NCBI GenBank assembly: GCA_040772485.1
Contig: JAXGYC010000007.1
Coordinates: forward strand, 800,001-864,000
Direction: 5' to 3'
DNA from: Sedimentisphaerales bacterium
GTDB taxonomy: Bacteria; Planctomycetota; Phycisphaerae; Sedimentisphaerales; Anaerobacaceae
DNA: 64,000 nt
The notes under the pieces are model-generated. The model had not been told where the DNA came from. It saw nothing but the letters and a program-made list of their open reading frames with translations, and did not search any database. Shown here piece after piece: positions 28,867 through 37,187 of this stretch (position 1 is the first letter of the stretch; each line of letters opens with the position of its first letter). Made by a program: the position numbers and the translations under genes.

Positions 28867-28970
28867 GAACCCCGCCGCGGTCCATCGAGCAAAGCAGGAT
28901 ACGCAACCCGTGGATGCTGAAAGACCGGTCACATCCAGCACCCCTGTGCCTCCGCCGCCCCAACAAGTAT

Positions 28971-28999
28971 TTGACAGACGTCCCACACCGGGGTATGTT
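28971..28999 (+). promoter_or_regulatory. Sigma70-type promoter
   Basis: TTGACA-N17-TATGTT upstream of the gene at 29095. Confidence 0.55.
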
Positions 29000-29094
29000 T
29001 CGTCTCGGCAGTGTCGATGAGACGGCCTCAATCGGCAAGACCGTGTGGACAGGATCGACCAGAGGCGCCTAATTCCAGTCGGGAGGTTTGAGCC

Positions 29095-29508
29095 ATGAAG
29101 AACCTGATTTACGGCGGTATCATCGCGTTGTGTCTGATCGTGGCGGCAGTCGTCGTCTTCGCGACTCGATCGAGCGGTCCCGGCGGCATCGACAGTCTTT
29201 CCGACACGGCCCAGGTGTGGGTCGTGTGCACGGCCTGCAACGCCTCGTACCAGATGGGAGAGAAGGAATTCTACACGCAACTGAGAGACAGAACGGCGCA
29301 ACTGGCCAATCCGATGGCCCGGGCTCTGCTGACCTGCCAGAAATGCGGCAAAGACAGGGTCGTCAAGGCTGTCAAGTGCGACAAGTGCGGCGAGATCTTC
29401 CCCGAGGGGATCGTGTCCAACGACTTCGACGACCGATGCCCGAAGTGCAAGTTCAGCGCCACCGAGGAAAAGCGAAAAGCCAGCAAGGCAAAGGCAGACC
29501 AAGGTTGA
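29095..29508 (+). CDS. Membrane-anchored protein with four CxxC motifs (double zinc-ribbon-like)
   Basis: SD GGAGG; N-terminal TM; CTAC, CQKC, CDKC, CPKC. Confidence 0.8.
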   Translation: MKNLIYGGIIALCLIVAAVVVFATRSSGPGGIDSLSDTAQVWVVCTACNASYQMGEKEFYTQLRDRTAQLANPMARALLTCQKCGKDRVVKAVKCDKCGEIFPEGIVSNDFDDRCPKCKFSATEEKRKASKAKADQG

Positions 29509-29654
29509 ACACTGCGTGCATCGCCTGACGGCACACGTGGCCATGCTGCCTGAAACAGAAGGGATATGCCCGCAGCTCGCAGCGGTGGCCCACACGCCTG
29601 CCGCCAGATCGAGATATGGAGCCGGCCCTTGCCGAGGGCCGGCTCTTGGCATTT

Positions 29655-30494
29655 CTATGGAGTGTTCGGTTCCGCGACTTCGCCATGGTTCCGTCGCGAG
29701 GTCAGAACCTCGAGCACGTTCTGCTTGTATTCCTCCGTGCCCTTCTTCAATTCGCTGAACATCGCGTAGCGCCCACCGATTCGCTCCTCCAGATACGAAA
29801 TGCGACTTTCCGGGTTGGGGTGGGTGGAAAAGAACTCGATCGGTCGAACCGTCTGCAACTCCTGCAAGATCCGCATCGTCTCGACCATTCCGCTGGGATC
29901 GTAGCCTGCCTGAACCATGTAGGACAGTCCCACCAGATCGGCGTCCTTCTCATCGTCTCGGCTGTATTGCAGGGACAGGACGCCGCTGATGAAACCCGCC
30001 GCCCGGGTCACGTCGCCCGGGGCGTCGCCGATGGCCGCCGCCGCCACTAACGCCGTCATGCCGATCTGCCGGCTCATGGCCACCAGGGTATCTCGCGCGA
30101 CGACGTGGCCCACTTCGTGGCCCAATATCGCGGCCAATTGGGCCTCCGATTCGAGTTTCTCCAGGAGTCCGCTGGTGATGTAGACGTAGCCACCGGGAAC
30201 GGCAAAGGCGTTGATCCCTTTGTAGCGGACCGCCGTGAAGTGATAGGCAATGTCCGGCCGATGACAAACCCGCGCGATGCGCTGGCCGACGCGGTTGACG
30301 TAGCTCTGGAGATTCTCGTCCGTCAATCGCCCCCCCAAGGCTTTCTCGATCTGCGGCGCGTACTTGCGGCCCAGTTCCACGTCCTTCTCCGGGCCGAAGA
30401 ACATCAACTCCTCGTCCCCCGTGACTGGATTGACCGCGCAGCCGGCCAACATGACCGTCAATGCCGCACCCAACAGTGTCAATCCCGTTCTCAT
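29655..30494 (-). CDS. M48-family metallopeptidase lipoprotein (BepA/YfgC-like)
   Basis: Lipobox LAGC; NAFAVPGG; LGHEVGH; YSRDDEKDAD; FSTHP. Start set at MRTG. Confidence 0.92.
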   Translation of the reverse strand: MRTGLTLLGAALTVMLAGCAVNPVTGDEELMFFGPEKDVELGRKYAPQIEKALGGRLTDENLQSYVNRVGQRIARVCHRPDIAYHFTAVRYKGINAFAVPGGYVYITSGLLEKLESEAQLAAILGHEVGHVVARDTLVAMSRQIGMTALVAAAAIGDAPGDVTRAAGFISGVLSLQYSRDDEKDADLVGLSYMVQAGYDPSGMVETMRILQELQTVRPIEFFSTHPNPESRISYLEERIGGRYAMFSELKKGTEEYKQNVLEVLTSRRNHGEVAEPNTP

Positions 30495-30526
30495 GACCAG
30501 GACCTCTGGATTTCGCGAAGTTCCCG

Positions 30527-30554
30527 TTGAAAAGCCTGCAAAGCGCATTATAAT
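30527..30554 (+). promoter_or_regulatory. Sigma70-type promoter of the rnf operon
   Basis: TTGAAA-N16-TATAAT. Confidence 0.55.
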
Positions 30555-30583
30555 CGCGGTTTTATCGTTTGGTAGTAGAAACC

Positions 30584-30874
30584 ATGGAACGCGCGGAGCC
30601 CTGTAAGGGCTGTAGTCAGGCACACGACTGCGCCGGAGTCTACGAGCGACTCGGCCATGCCGGGGGGCCTTCGGTGGCGTGGAAGGCGGTCATCGCTTTC
30701 GTGCTGCCCGTTGTCGCGTTTGTCGCGGCCCTGGCAACGTTCGACGGCCTGCTCGAACAGGCTGTAACGGAGCGGCACCGAACGCCCTGCGCATTCCTCA
30801 TGGCTCTGGCATTCGCCGTCGGCCTGACTGTGGCCACCAGTTTCCTGCTCCGACGATACGGTAAGAAGCGTTAG
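30584..30874 (+). CDS. RseC/MucC-like small membrane protein
   Basis: CKGC....C N-terminus, AFVLP, two TM helices; directly upstream of rnfC. Confidence 0.6.
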   Translation: MERAEPCKGCSQAHDCAGVYERLGHAGGPSVAWKAVIAFVLPVVAFVAALATFDGLLEQAVTERHRTPCAFLMALAFAVGLTVATSFLLRRYGKKR

Positions 30875-30892
30875 TACTCGGATTGCGTCCAT

Positions 30893-32266
30893 ATGGCTAC
30901 CGATTCGCATGGCAGATCCACATTCGCTCGCGGGGTGCACCCGCCCGAGAGCAAGCACCTGACCGAAGACAGGCCGATCGAGCCGGGCCCAGGTGTTGCG
31001 GAGCTTTCAATCCTGCTCAGCCAGCACATCGGCGCGCCCTGCCAGGCAACCGTCAAGAAAGGCGACCTCGTGCAGGCCGGGCAGAAGGTCGGCGCGTGTC
31101 AGGCGTTCGTCTGCGCACCAGTGCATGCCCCGGTGGCGGGCAAGGTCAAGGAGCTGGCGCTGCGGCCGCATCCGGTGCTCGGACGCTGTCAGGCCATTGC
31201 CATCGAGCCGCAGGAACCCGCGTCGCCAACCCTGCCTTCGTTCAGCCTGCCCGCCGATTTCGACCCGAAGCGATTCACTCCGCAAGAGATTTGCGAGGCC
31301 GTCAGGGATGCCGGCCTGGTGGGCATGGGGGGAGCAGGGTTTCCCACCAGCGTGAAGATCCAGCCGGATGCGAAGCCCCCCAAGCACACCCTGCTCGTCA
31401 ACGGCTGTGAGTGCGAGCCCTATATCACGTGTGATTACCGCCTGATGCTCGAGTGGACCGATCAGGTCCTGGCCGGGATTCGGCTCGCGCAGCAGGCCTG
31501 CGGTGCATCGAAGGTCTTCATCGGCATCGAGGACAACAAGCCCAAAGCCATCGACGCAATGGGCGCGGCGATCCAGAGGGCCGGATCGGGCTCCGACATC
31601 CGCGTGGTGCCGCTACAAACCAAGTACCCACAGGGAGGCGAGCGGCAGCTCATCAACGCCGTGCTCGGCCAAACGGTCCCGACCGGGGGCATTCCTCCCA
31701 TGATCGGGGTCGTCGTGGTCAACGTGGCCACCGCGGCCGCCATCGCCGATGCCGTCCTCTACCATCGACCGCTGACTCATCGCGTCGTCACCGTCACCGG
31801 CGAAGCCATCGCCAAACCGGGCAACTACTACGTCGCCATCGGCACTCCTGTGGAGGCTCTCATCGAGTTCTGCGGAGGCGTGACTGAGAAGTCTGCCAAA
31901 GTCGTCATGGGCGGCCCGATGATGGGACTGGCCATCGCCGATCTGAGCACACCGATCACCAAGACCAGCGGCGCTGTGACCGTGCTGACTCGGCACCAGA
32001 TCGGCCAAGCCAAATTCCAGCGGCGAGAGACTGCCTGCATCCGCTGTGGCCGGTGCCTGGAGGTCTGCCCGGAGAATCTCAATCCGACTCGCATCGCCCA
32101 CGCGGTCAAGAACAGCCTCCTGGATGTTGCGGAAAACCACTTCATCAGCGCGTGCATCGAGTGTGGCTGCTGTAGCTACGTCTGCCCCGCCAACATCGAA
32201 CTGACCGGCTACATCAAGACGGGGAAGATCTTCCTGGCCCGGCAGAGAAAGAAGATGCCGGCCTGA
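30893..32266 (+). CDS. rnfC: Rnf electron transport complex subunit C
   Basis: GVHPP, QHIGAP, GLVGMGGAGFPT, NGCECEPYITCD, KYPQGGE, GGPMMG, two CxxCxxCxxxCP. Confidence 0.96.
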   Translation: MATDSHGRSTFARGVHPPESKHLTEDRPIEPGPGVAELSILLSQHIGAPCQATVKKGDLVQAGQKVGACQAFVCAPVHAPVAGKVKELALRPHPVLGRCQAIAIEPQEPASPTLPSFSLPADFDPKRFTPQEICEAVRDAGLVGMGGAGFPTSVKIQPDAKPPKHTLLVNGCECEPYITCDYRLMLEWTDQVLAGIRLAQQACGASKVFIGIEDNKPKAIDAMGAAIQRAGSGSDIRVVPLQTKYPQGGERQLINAVLGQTVPTGGIPPMIGVVVVNVATAAAIADAVLYHRPLTHRVVTVTGEAIAKPGNYYVAIGTPVEALIEFCGGVTEKSAKVVMGGPMMGLAIADLSTPITKTSGAVTVLTRHQIGQAKFQRRETACIRCGRCLEVCPENLNPTRIAHAVKNSLLDVAENHFISACIECGCCSYVCPANIELTGYIKTGKIFLARQRKKMPA

Positions 32267-32309
32267 TGGGCATGGTGCGCCACGGCAACGGATGACGAGG
32301 ATTCGATAG

Positions 32310-33326
32310 ATGCTCAGAGATATCACGGTTTCGTTCGCACCGCACATCAGCAAGCGGCTTTCGACGCAGCGGGTCATGCTGGACGTGCTCATCGGGCTGG
32401 TCCCGCTGGTGGCGGCGGCGGGCTTCTACTTTCGGATTCGCGCCCTGCTGCTCATTGGCGTCTGCGTCCTCTGGTGTGTGGGCATCGAGTGGGTCTGCAA
32501 CCTGATTCGCAGGAAGCCCAACTCGCTCTGGGACCTCAGCGCGGTCGTCACCGGCGTCATCCTGGGCCTGTCGCTTCCGCCGGCCCTGCCCTTCTGGGCA
32601 GCCGCCGTCGGTTCGGCGATCGCCATCGGCGTCGGCAAGATGGCCTTTGGCGGCCTGGGCGCCAACGTCTTCAACCCGGCCATGGTGGGCCGTGCATTTC
32701 TTACGGCGTCGTTCGGCGTGATGATGACCACCTGGACCGTGCCGGCGTCGATCGATGGCGCTATGCCGGCGCTCTCTCCGGCCGACCCCGTCGACGCGCG
32801 GACGCAAGCCACGCCGCTGGCCTGGAGCAAGACGGCCATTAAGAACCAGAGCCAGGCGAGGACCTACAGCCACCGGCAGTTTCTCTCGACCCTCACCGGC
32901 GAGGTCGCCGGCAGCCTGGGCGAGACCAGCGCGATTGCCGCCTTGCTCGGAGGGGCCTATCTGCTCTGGCGTCGAACTATCGGTTTCCACATTCCGGCCG
33001 CCGTGCTGCTGGCGGCGTTCGTATTCAGTGGAATCGCCTACCTGATCAATCCGGATGCCTACGTGCAGCCGTTTTACCACCTCACGAGCGGCGCTCTGCT
33101 GTTCGGTGCGTTCTTCATCGCGACGGACCCGGTGACCGCTCCGCTGACGCGCCGCGGGATGTGGCTCTTCGGCTTGGGGGTCGGGACTATCACGCTGCTG
33201 ATTCGCATCGTCGGCACGTATCCCGAGGGCTTCATGTTTGCGGTACTGGTAATGAACGGCCTGACCCCTCTGATCGACAGACTGTGCCGGCGGGTGCCGG
33301 CAGGAGGATTGCCTCGTGTTGGATAG
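32310..33326 (+). CDS. rnfD: Rnf complex subunit D
   Basis: APHI, SAVVTG, FGGLGANVFNPAMVG, FMN-site TQATPL, GSLGETS, AFFIATDPVT. Confidence 0.96.
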   Translation: MLRDITVSFAPHISKRLSTQRVMLDVLIGLVPLVAAAGFYFRIRALLLIGVCVLWCVGIEWVCNLIRRKPNSLWDLSAVVTGVILGLSLPPALPFWAAAVGSAIAIGVGKMAFGGLGANVFNPAMVGRAFLTASFGVMMTTWTVPASIDGAMPALSPADPVDARTQATPLAWSKTAIKNQSQARTYSHRQFLSTLTGEVAGSLGETSAIAALLGGAYLLWRRTIGFHIPAAVLLAAFVFSGIAYLINPDAYVQPFYHLTSGALLFGAFFIATDPVTAPLTRRGMWLFGLGVGTITLLIRIVGTYPEGFMFAVLVMNGLTPLIDRLCRRVPAGGLPRVG

Positions 33327-33948
33327 CCTGAAGCACTTCGCAAGGGAAAGCTGGCTGCTGGTGGTCGCCTCCGTGCTGTGCGGGCTGCTGCTGGCCGCTA
33401 CGAACGCCGCGCTGGGCCCGCGGATCGAGGTAAATAAGGCTCTGAAGCTGACCAGGCTGGCGGGCGGTCTGCTGCCTGCGGCCCAGGCTTTCGCACCTCT
33501 ATCCAGCCCTGTGGAAGTCAAAGGCCTCGGCGGCGAGACGGAATCGACCGCCGTATTCCGAGCCACAACCGACGACCAGACCGTCGGCTGGGTGTTCAAG
33601 GTCGTGGGATCGGGGTTTGCCGACAAGATCGAGTTGGTGGTCGCGGTCGATGCCGCATTCAGCACGCTTGTCGGCTACGACGTGGTCAGCAGCAGCGAAA
33701 CCCCGGGGTTCGGCGACCAGATCAAGGACGCGTACTACCGCAACCAGTTCACCGGAGCGCCTGTCGGGCAACTCTCACTCGTCGGGCTTGGCGCCGCCAA
33801 AGAGCAGGACATCGACTCAACCATCGTGGCCATCAGCGGCGCGACGATCAGCAGCACCGCCGTCGTCCAAGCCATGAACCACTACCTGCCGCAACTGAAG
33901 GACCAACTCCAGCAGAAAGGGCTGATCGGCCATGGCAACAACCCCTGA
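33316..33948 (+). CDS. rnfG: Rnf complex subunit G
   Basis: N-terminal TM, GFADKI, ETPGFG, flavinylation motif ISGATISS. Confidence 0.93.
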   Translation: MLDSLKHFARESWLLVVASVLCGLLLAATNAALGPRIEVNKALKLTRLAGGLLPAAQAFAPLSSPVEVKGLGGETESTAVFRATTDDQTVGWVFKVVGSGFADKIELVVAVDAAFSTLVGYDVVSSSETPGFGDQIKDAYYRNQFTGAPVGQLSLVGLGAAKEQDIDSTIVAISGATISSTAVVQAMNHYLPQLKDQLQQKGLIGHGNNP

Positions 33949-34549
33949 CGGACAGAACGTCTATGCAGAGGCCGTCGCCACGGGTCTGTGGCGCGAGATT
34001 CCGGTCTTTCGCATGCTCCTGGGCACATGCCCGACCCTGGCGGTGACCGCTGCGATCAAGCCGGCCCTGACCATGGGGCTGTGCGTGATCTTCGTGCTCG
34101 TGTGCAGCAACATCATGGTCAGTCTGATGCGAAAGGGGTTGCGTCCGCACGTTCGCATCCTGTTGTTCACGCTGACGATCGCCACCTTCGTGACCATTGC
34201 GGACCTTTTTCTGCGGGCCTACCAGCCGGTGATGAGCGAGGCCCTGGGCCCGTACGTTCCGCTGATCATCGTCAACTGCGTGATCATCTGGCGGGCCGAG
34301 GCCCGTGCCAGCAACAGCGGCGTCCTGCTGAGCATCGTGGACGGCCTGGCCATGGGCGTGGGGTTCACCATCGCCTTGTGCGTTCTGGCCACGATCCGTG
34401 AAGTTCTCGGCACCGGCTGCCTCTTCGAGATCCCGGTCCTGCCCAAGGCCTTTCCCGCATGGGCGGCGATGGGTATGCCGGTGGGCGCGTTCCTGACGTT
34501 CGGGCTCGTGCTCGGGTTCATCAACTACGTCAGCCGGAAACGGAGCTAA
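33932..34549 (+). CDS. rnfE: Rnf complex subunit E
   Basis: LGTCPTLAVT, PLIIVNC, REVLGTG, PVGAF. Confidence 0.93.
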   Translation: MATTPDGQNVYAEAVATGLWREIPVFRMLLGTCPTLAVTAAIKPALTMGLCVIFVLVCSNIMVSLMRKGLRPHVRILLFTLTIATFVTIADLFLRAYQPVMSEALGPYVPLIIVNCVIIWRAEARASNSGVLLSIVDGLAMGVGFTIALCVLATIREVLGTGCLFEIPVLPKAFPAWAAMGMPVGAFLTFGLVLGFINYVSRKRS

Positions 34550-34561
34550 GGGAGTCGCACG

Positions 34562-35149
34562 ATGGATTTGCTGTACGTTCTGCTCACGGGCTTCATCTCC
34601 GTTGTCCTGATCAACAACCTCGTGTTCACGAAGTTCCTGGGGATCTGCCCGTACATCGGAGTCTCCGGGCGAATCGACATGGCCTTCGGCATGGGCCTGG
34701 CGGTTACGTTCGTCATGACGCTCAGCGGCACCCTCACCTGGATGATCGACCACTGGCTGCTGATGCCTCTGAACCTGGAGGTGGCCCGGTATGTGGCCTT
34801 CATCATGGTGATCGCGGCCGCCGTGCAACTAGTCGAAATGTACCTGAAGAAGTTCTTCCCCCCCTTGTACGAGAGCTTCGGCATCTTCCTGCCTCTGATC
34901 ACGACCAATTGCGCGATTCTGGGCTTGTGCCTGTTTCTCGTCGTCTGGGGCACCAGCACTCTGATTGAGGCGGTGGTTCTGAGTTTCGGGGGAGGCATCG
35001 GTTTCACCATCGCGATTTGCATCATGGCGGGGATTCGCGAGAACATGCAGATGGTCGACGTGCCCGAGTCCCTGCGTGGCGCTCCGATCACGCTGATCAC
35101 GGCGGGACTCCTGGCCTTGGCCTTCATGGGATTTGCGGGAATCATATGA
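34562..35149 (+). CDS. rnfA: Rnf complex subunit A
   Basis: NNLVFTKFLGICPYIG, GIFLPLITTNCAILG, GIRE, LAFMGF. Confidence 0.96.
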   Translation: MDLLYVLLTGFISVVLINNLVFTKFLGICPYIGVSGRIDMAFGMGLAVTFVMTLSGTLTWMIDHWLLMPLNLEVARYVAFIMVIAAAVQLVEMYLKKFFPPLYESFGIFLPLITTNCAILGLCLFLVVWGTSTLIEAVVLSFGGGIGFTIAICIMAGIRENMQMVDVPESLRGAPITLITAGLLALAFMGFAGII

Positions 35150-36033
35150 TCATGTTGACGGGTGTTCTGGGAGCGATAAGTGGCGTGTGGCTGGCCGGCC
35201 TGATCATGCTCGGCCTGGGCCTGGTCTTCGCAGTTGTCCTGCTCGTCGCCAGTGAAAGACTCAAGGTTCCCGTGGACCCACGGGTCACCCAGGTCTACGA
35301 GGTCCTGCCCCACCTCGATTGCGGAGCCTGCGGCTATCCCGGTTGCAGTGGATACGCCAAGGCGGTGATCGCCAACCCCGAACTGCTCGGTCAGTGCGCG
35401 CCGGGTGGGGCCGACGCCGCCGGCAGGATCGCCGCCATCCTGAACCTGCAAATCAGCGAGTCCGGGCCGGCCAAACGACCGATCGTCCATTGCCGAGCCC
35501 ACACGGTCGACCGGACCTACTACGCCCAGTATCAGGGTATTCCGAGCTGCACGGCCGCTAACGCGCTGGCTAATGCCCAGGCGTGCAAGTTCGGATGCCT
35601 CGGGTTCGGAGACTGCGTCCGCGCATGCAAGTTCGATGCGCTGCACGTGATCGACGGCCTGTCTACGGTCGACTACACCAAGTGTACCGGTTGCGGCGCC
35701 TGCTCCAAGGCCTGCCCGCGAAACCTGATCGAGATGGTCCCCTTCAGCCACGAGAACATGATGACCGTCGCGTGCCGCAGCCAGGAGAACGGCAAGAGCA
35801 CCCGGGCCTTCTGCCAGGTCGGCTGTATCGGCTGCGGCCTGTGCGCCAAGCAGAGCGAGGCCTTCACCGTCGCCGACAACCTCGCCCACATGGACTACGC
35901 GAAATATGCTCCCTGCGGCGAGAACGAAGCCGCCCTGAACAAGTGCCCCACCGGCGTCATCGTCTACCGCGGCAAAACCGCCCCACCCCCGCGCGAGCCC
36001 AAAGCCAAATCCGCCGAAGCAGCCAAAGGCTGA
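35146..36033 (+). CDS. rnfB: Rnf complex subunit B
   Basis: ATGA overlap with rnfA; TM; LPHLDCGACGYPGC..CAPGG; CLGFGDCVRACKFDA; CTGCGACSKACP; CIGCGLC. Confidence 0.95.
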   Translation: MIMLTGVLGAISGVWLAGLIMLGLGLVFAVVLLVASERLKVPVDPRVTQVYEVLPHLDCGACGYPGCSGYAKAVIANPELLGQCAPGGADAAGRIAAILNLQISESGPAKRPIVHCRAHTVDRTYYAQYQGIPSCTAANALANAQACKFGCLGFGDCVRACKFDALHVIDGLSTVDYTKCTGCGACSKACPRNLIEMVPFSHENMMTVACRSQENGKSTRAFCQVGCIGCGLCAKQSEAFTVADNLAHMDYAKYAPCGENEAALNKCPTGVIVYRGKTAPPPREPKAKSAEAAKG

Positions 36034-36065
36034 CGGTGACGTTTGGCAGTGCGGTGTTCGACGCT

Positions 36066-37109
36066 CTACCTGACGTAGGCTTTCGCTCCGCTGCTGAAGA
36101 TCGGCTGAGTATCCTGGCCGACGGGAATGAGGATAGCCTCAACATCGGGGATGCTCTCAACCAGGGCCATGCCCGCTTCCGGCCCCAGGACATTCACGGC
36201 GGTTGACAGCGCATCGGCGGTGATCGCATCCGACGCGATGATCGTGTCGCTGACCAGCTTGCGTGCGCCTTTGCCGGTTCCGGTATCGATGATGTGGCTC
36301 TCTTTGCTGCCCTGGACCTTGACGAACCTGCGGTAGTCTCCGCTGGTAGCCACGCTCTCGTCCGTTAGCGTGAGAACCAGCAGGAGCTTCGAACCGCCTA
36401 GTTCGTCCGGCGCGACGTTCGGGTCCTGCAGGCCGACTCGCCAGCACTCCTGTCCTTCAGGGGGCCGTCCGAAGCAGCGGATGTTGCCGCCCAAGTCCAC
36501 CATTCCCCCGGCAGCGCCTCGCTTCTTCATCGCCGCAACCGACTTGTCGACCGCATAGCCTTTCGCTATCCCACCGAGGTCGATTCTCATCCCTTCGGCC
36601 GCAAAGCGGACCGTCCGCGTATTCGTATCGAGCAGCAGCTTGTCGTAGCCCACTCTGCTCTTGGCCTCGGCGATCTCGGCCTCCGTGGGCACGGTGTCGG
36701 CGGCGGCAGCGCGGCGCCACAGCTCGCCCAGAGCGCCGATCGTGACATCGAACGCACCGTCCGAAAGCTCGCTGAACTGCCTGGCCTTCTCCAGGACCTC
36801 GAAGGTCGCTTCGTCGATCTCGACCGCCCTTTGGTAAGCCTCGCGATTGACCGTGTTCAGCTCGGAATCGGGATTGTGGTAGCTCATCAGCTTCTCGACG
36901 CGCCTCTGCTCGTCGAACGCAGCGGCGATACAGGCGCGCGCCACCTTCTCGCTCGGCGCGATGGCCACAGCGCGGGAGAATGTCCCCATGACGACCTTGT
37001 AGCCGCTGTCGACCTGGACCATCTTGCGGGTCGTCAGGCCTACATAGAGGGCGCCTCCAAGCAGCAGACAGACGACTATGACGGCAATTCCGCGACCGGT
37101 TCTGTTCAT
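36066..37109 (-). CDS. apbE: FAD:protein FMN transferase (ApbE family)
   Basis: MGT, SDGAFDVTIG, DLGGIAKGYAVD, ATSGDYRR, SHIID, ADALSTA. Confidence 0.93.
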   Translation of the reverse strand: MNRTGRGIAVIVVCLLLGGALYVGLTTRKMVQVDSGYKVVMGTFSRAVAIAPSEKVARACIAAAFDEQRRVEKLMSYHNPDSELNTVNREAYQRAVEIDEATFEVLEKARQFSELSDGAFDVTIGALGELWRRAAAADTVPTEAEIAEAKSRVGYDKLLLDTNTRTVRFAAEGMRIDLGGIAKGYAVDKSVAAMKKRGAAGGMVDLGGNIRCFGRPPEGQECWRVGLQDPNVAPDELGGSKLLLVLTLTDESVATSGDYRRFVKVQGSKESHIIDTGTGKGARKLVSDTIIASDAITADALSTAVNVLGPEAGMALVESIPDVEAILIPVGQDTQPIFSSGAKAYVR

Positions 37110-37187
37110 GGCAACCTCAGGCATCTTCCGGCGGGACACACCCCGCCGCATCTATCGAGACCATGCGAAACCCGGTATAATAACCAC

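Noticed and set aside
36831..37187. N-terminal extension of the radical SAM ORF; likewise extensions of ORFs at 46771-49209, 49014-50144 and 29655-30623
   Set aside because: These extensions overlap neighbouring genes or promoters; family similarity begins at downstream starts.
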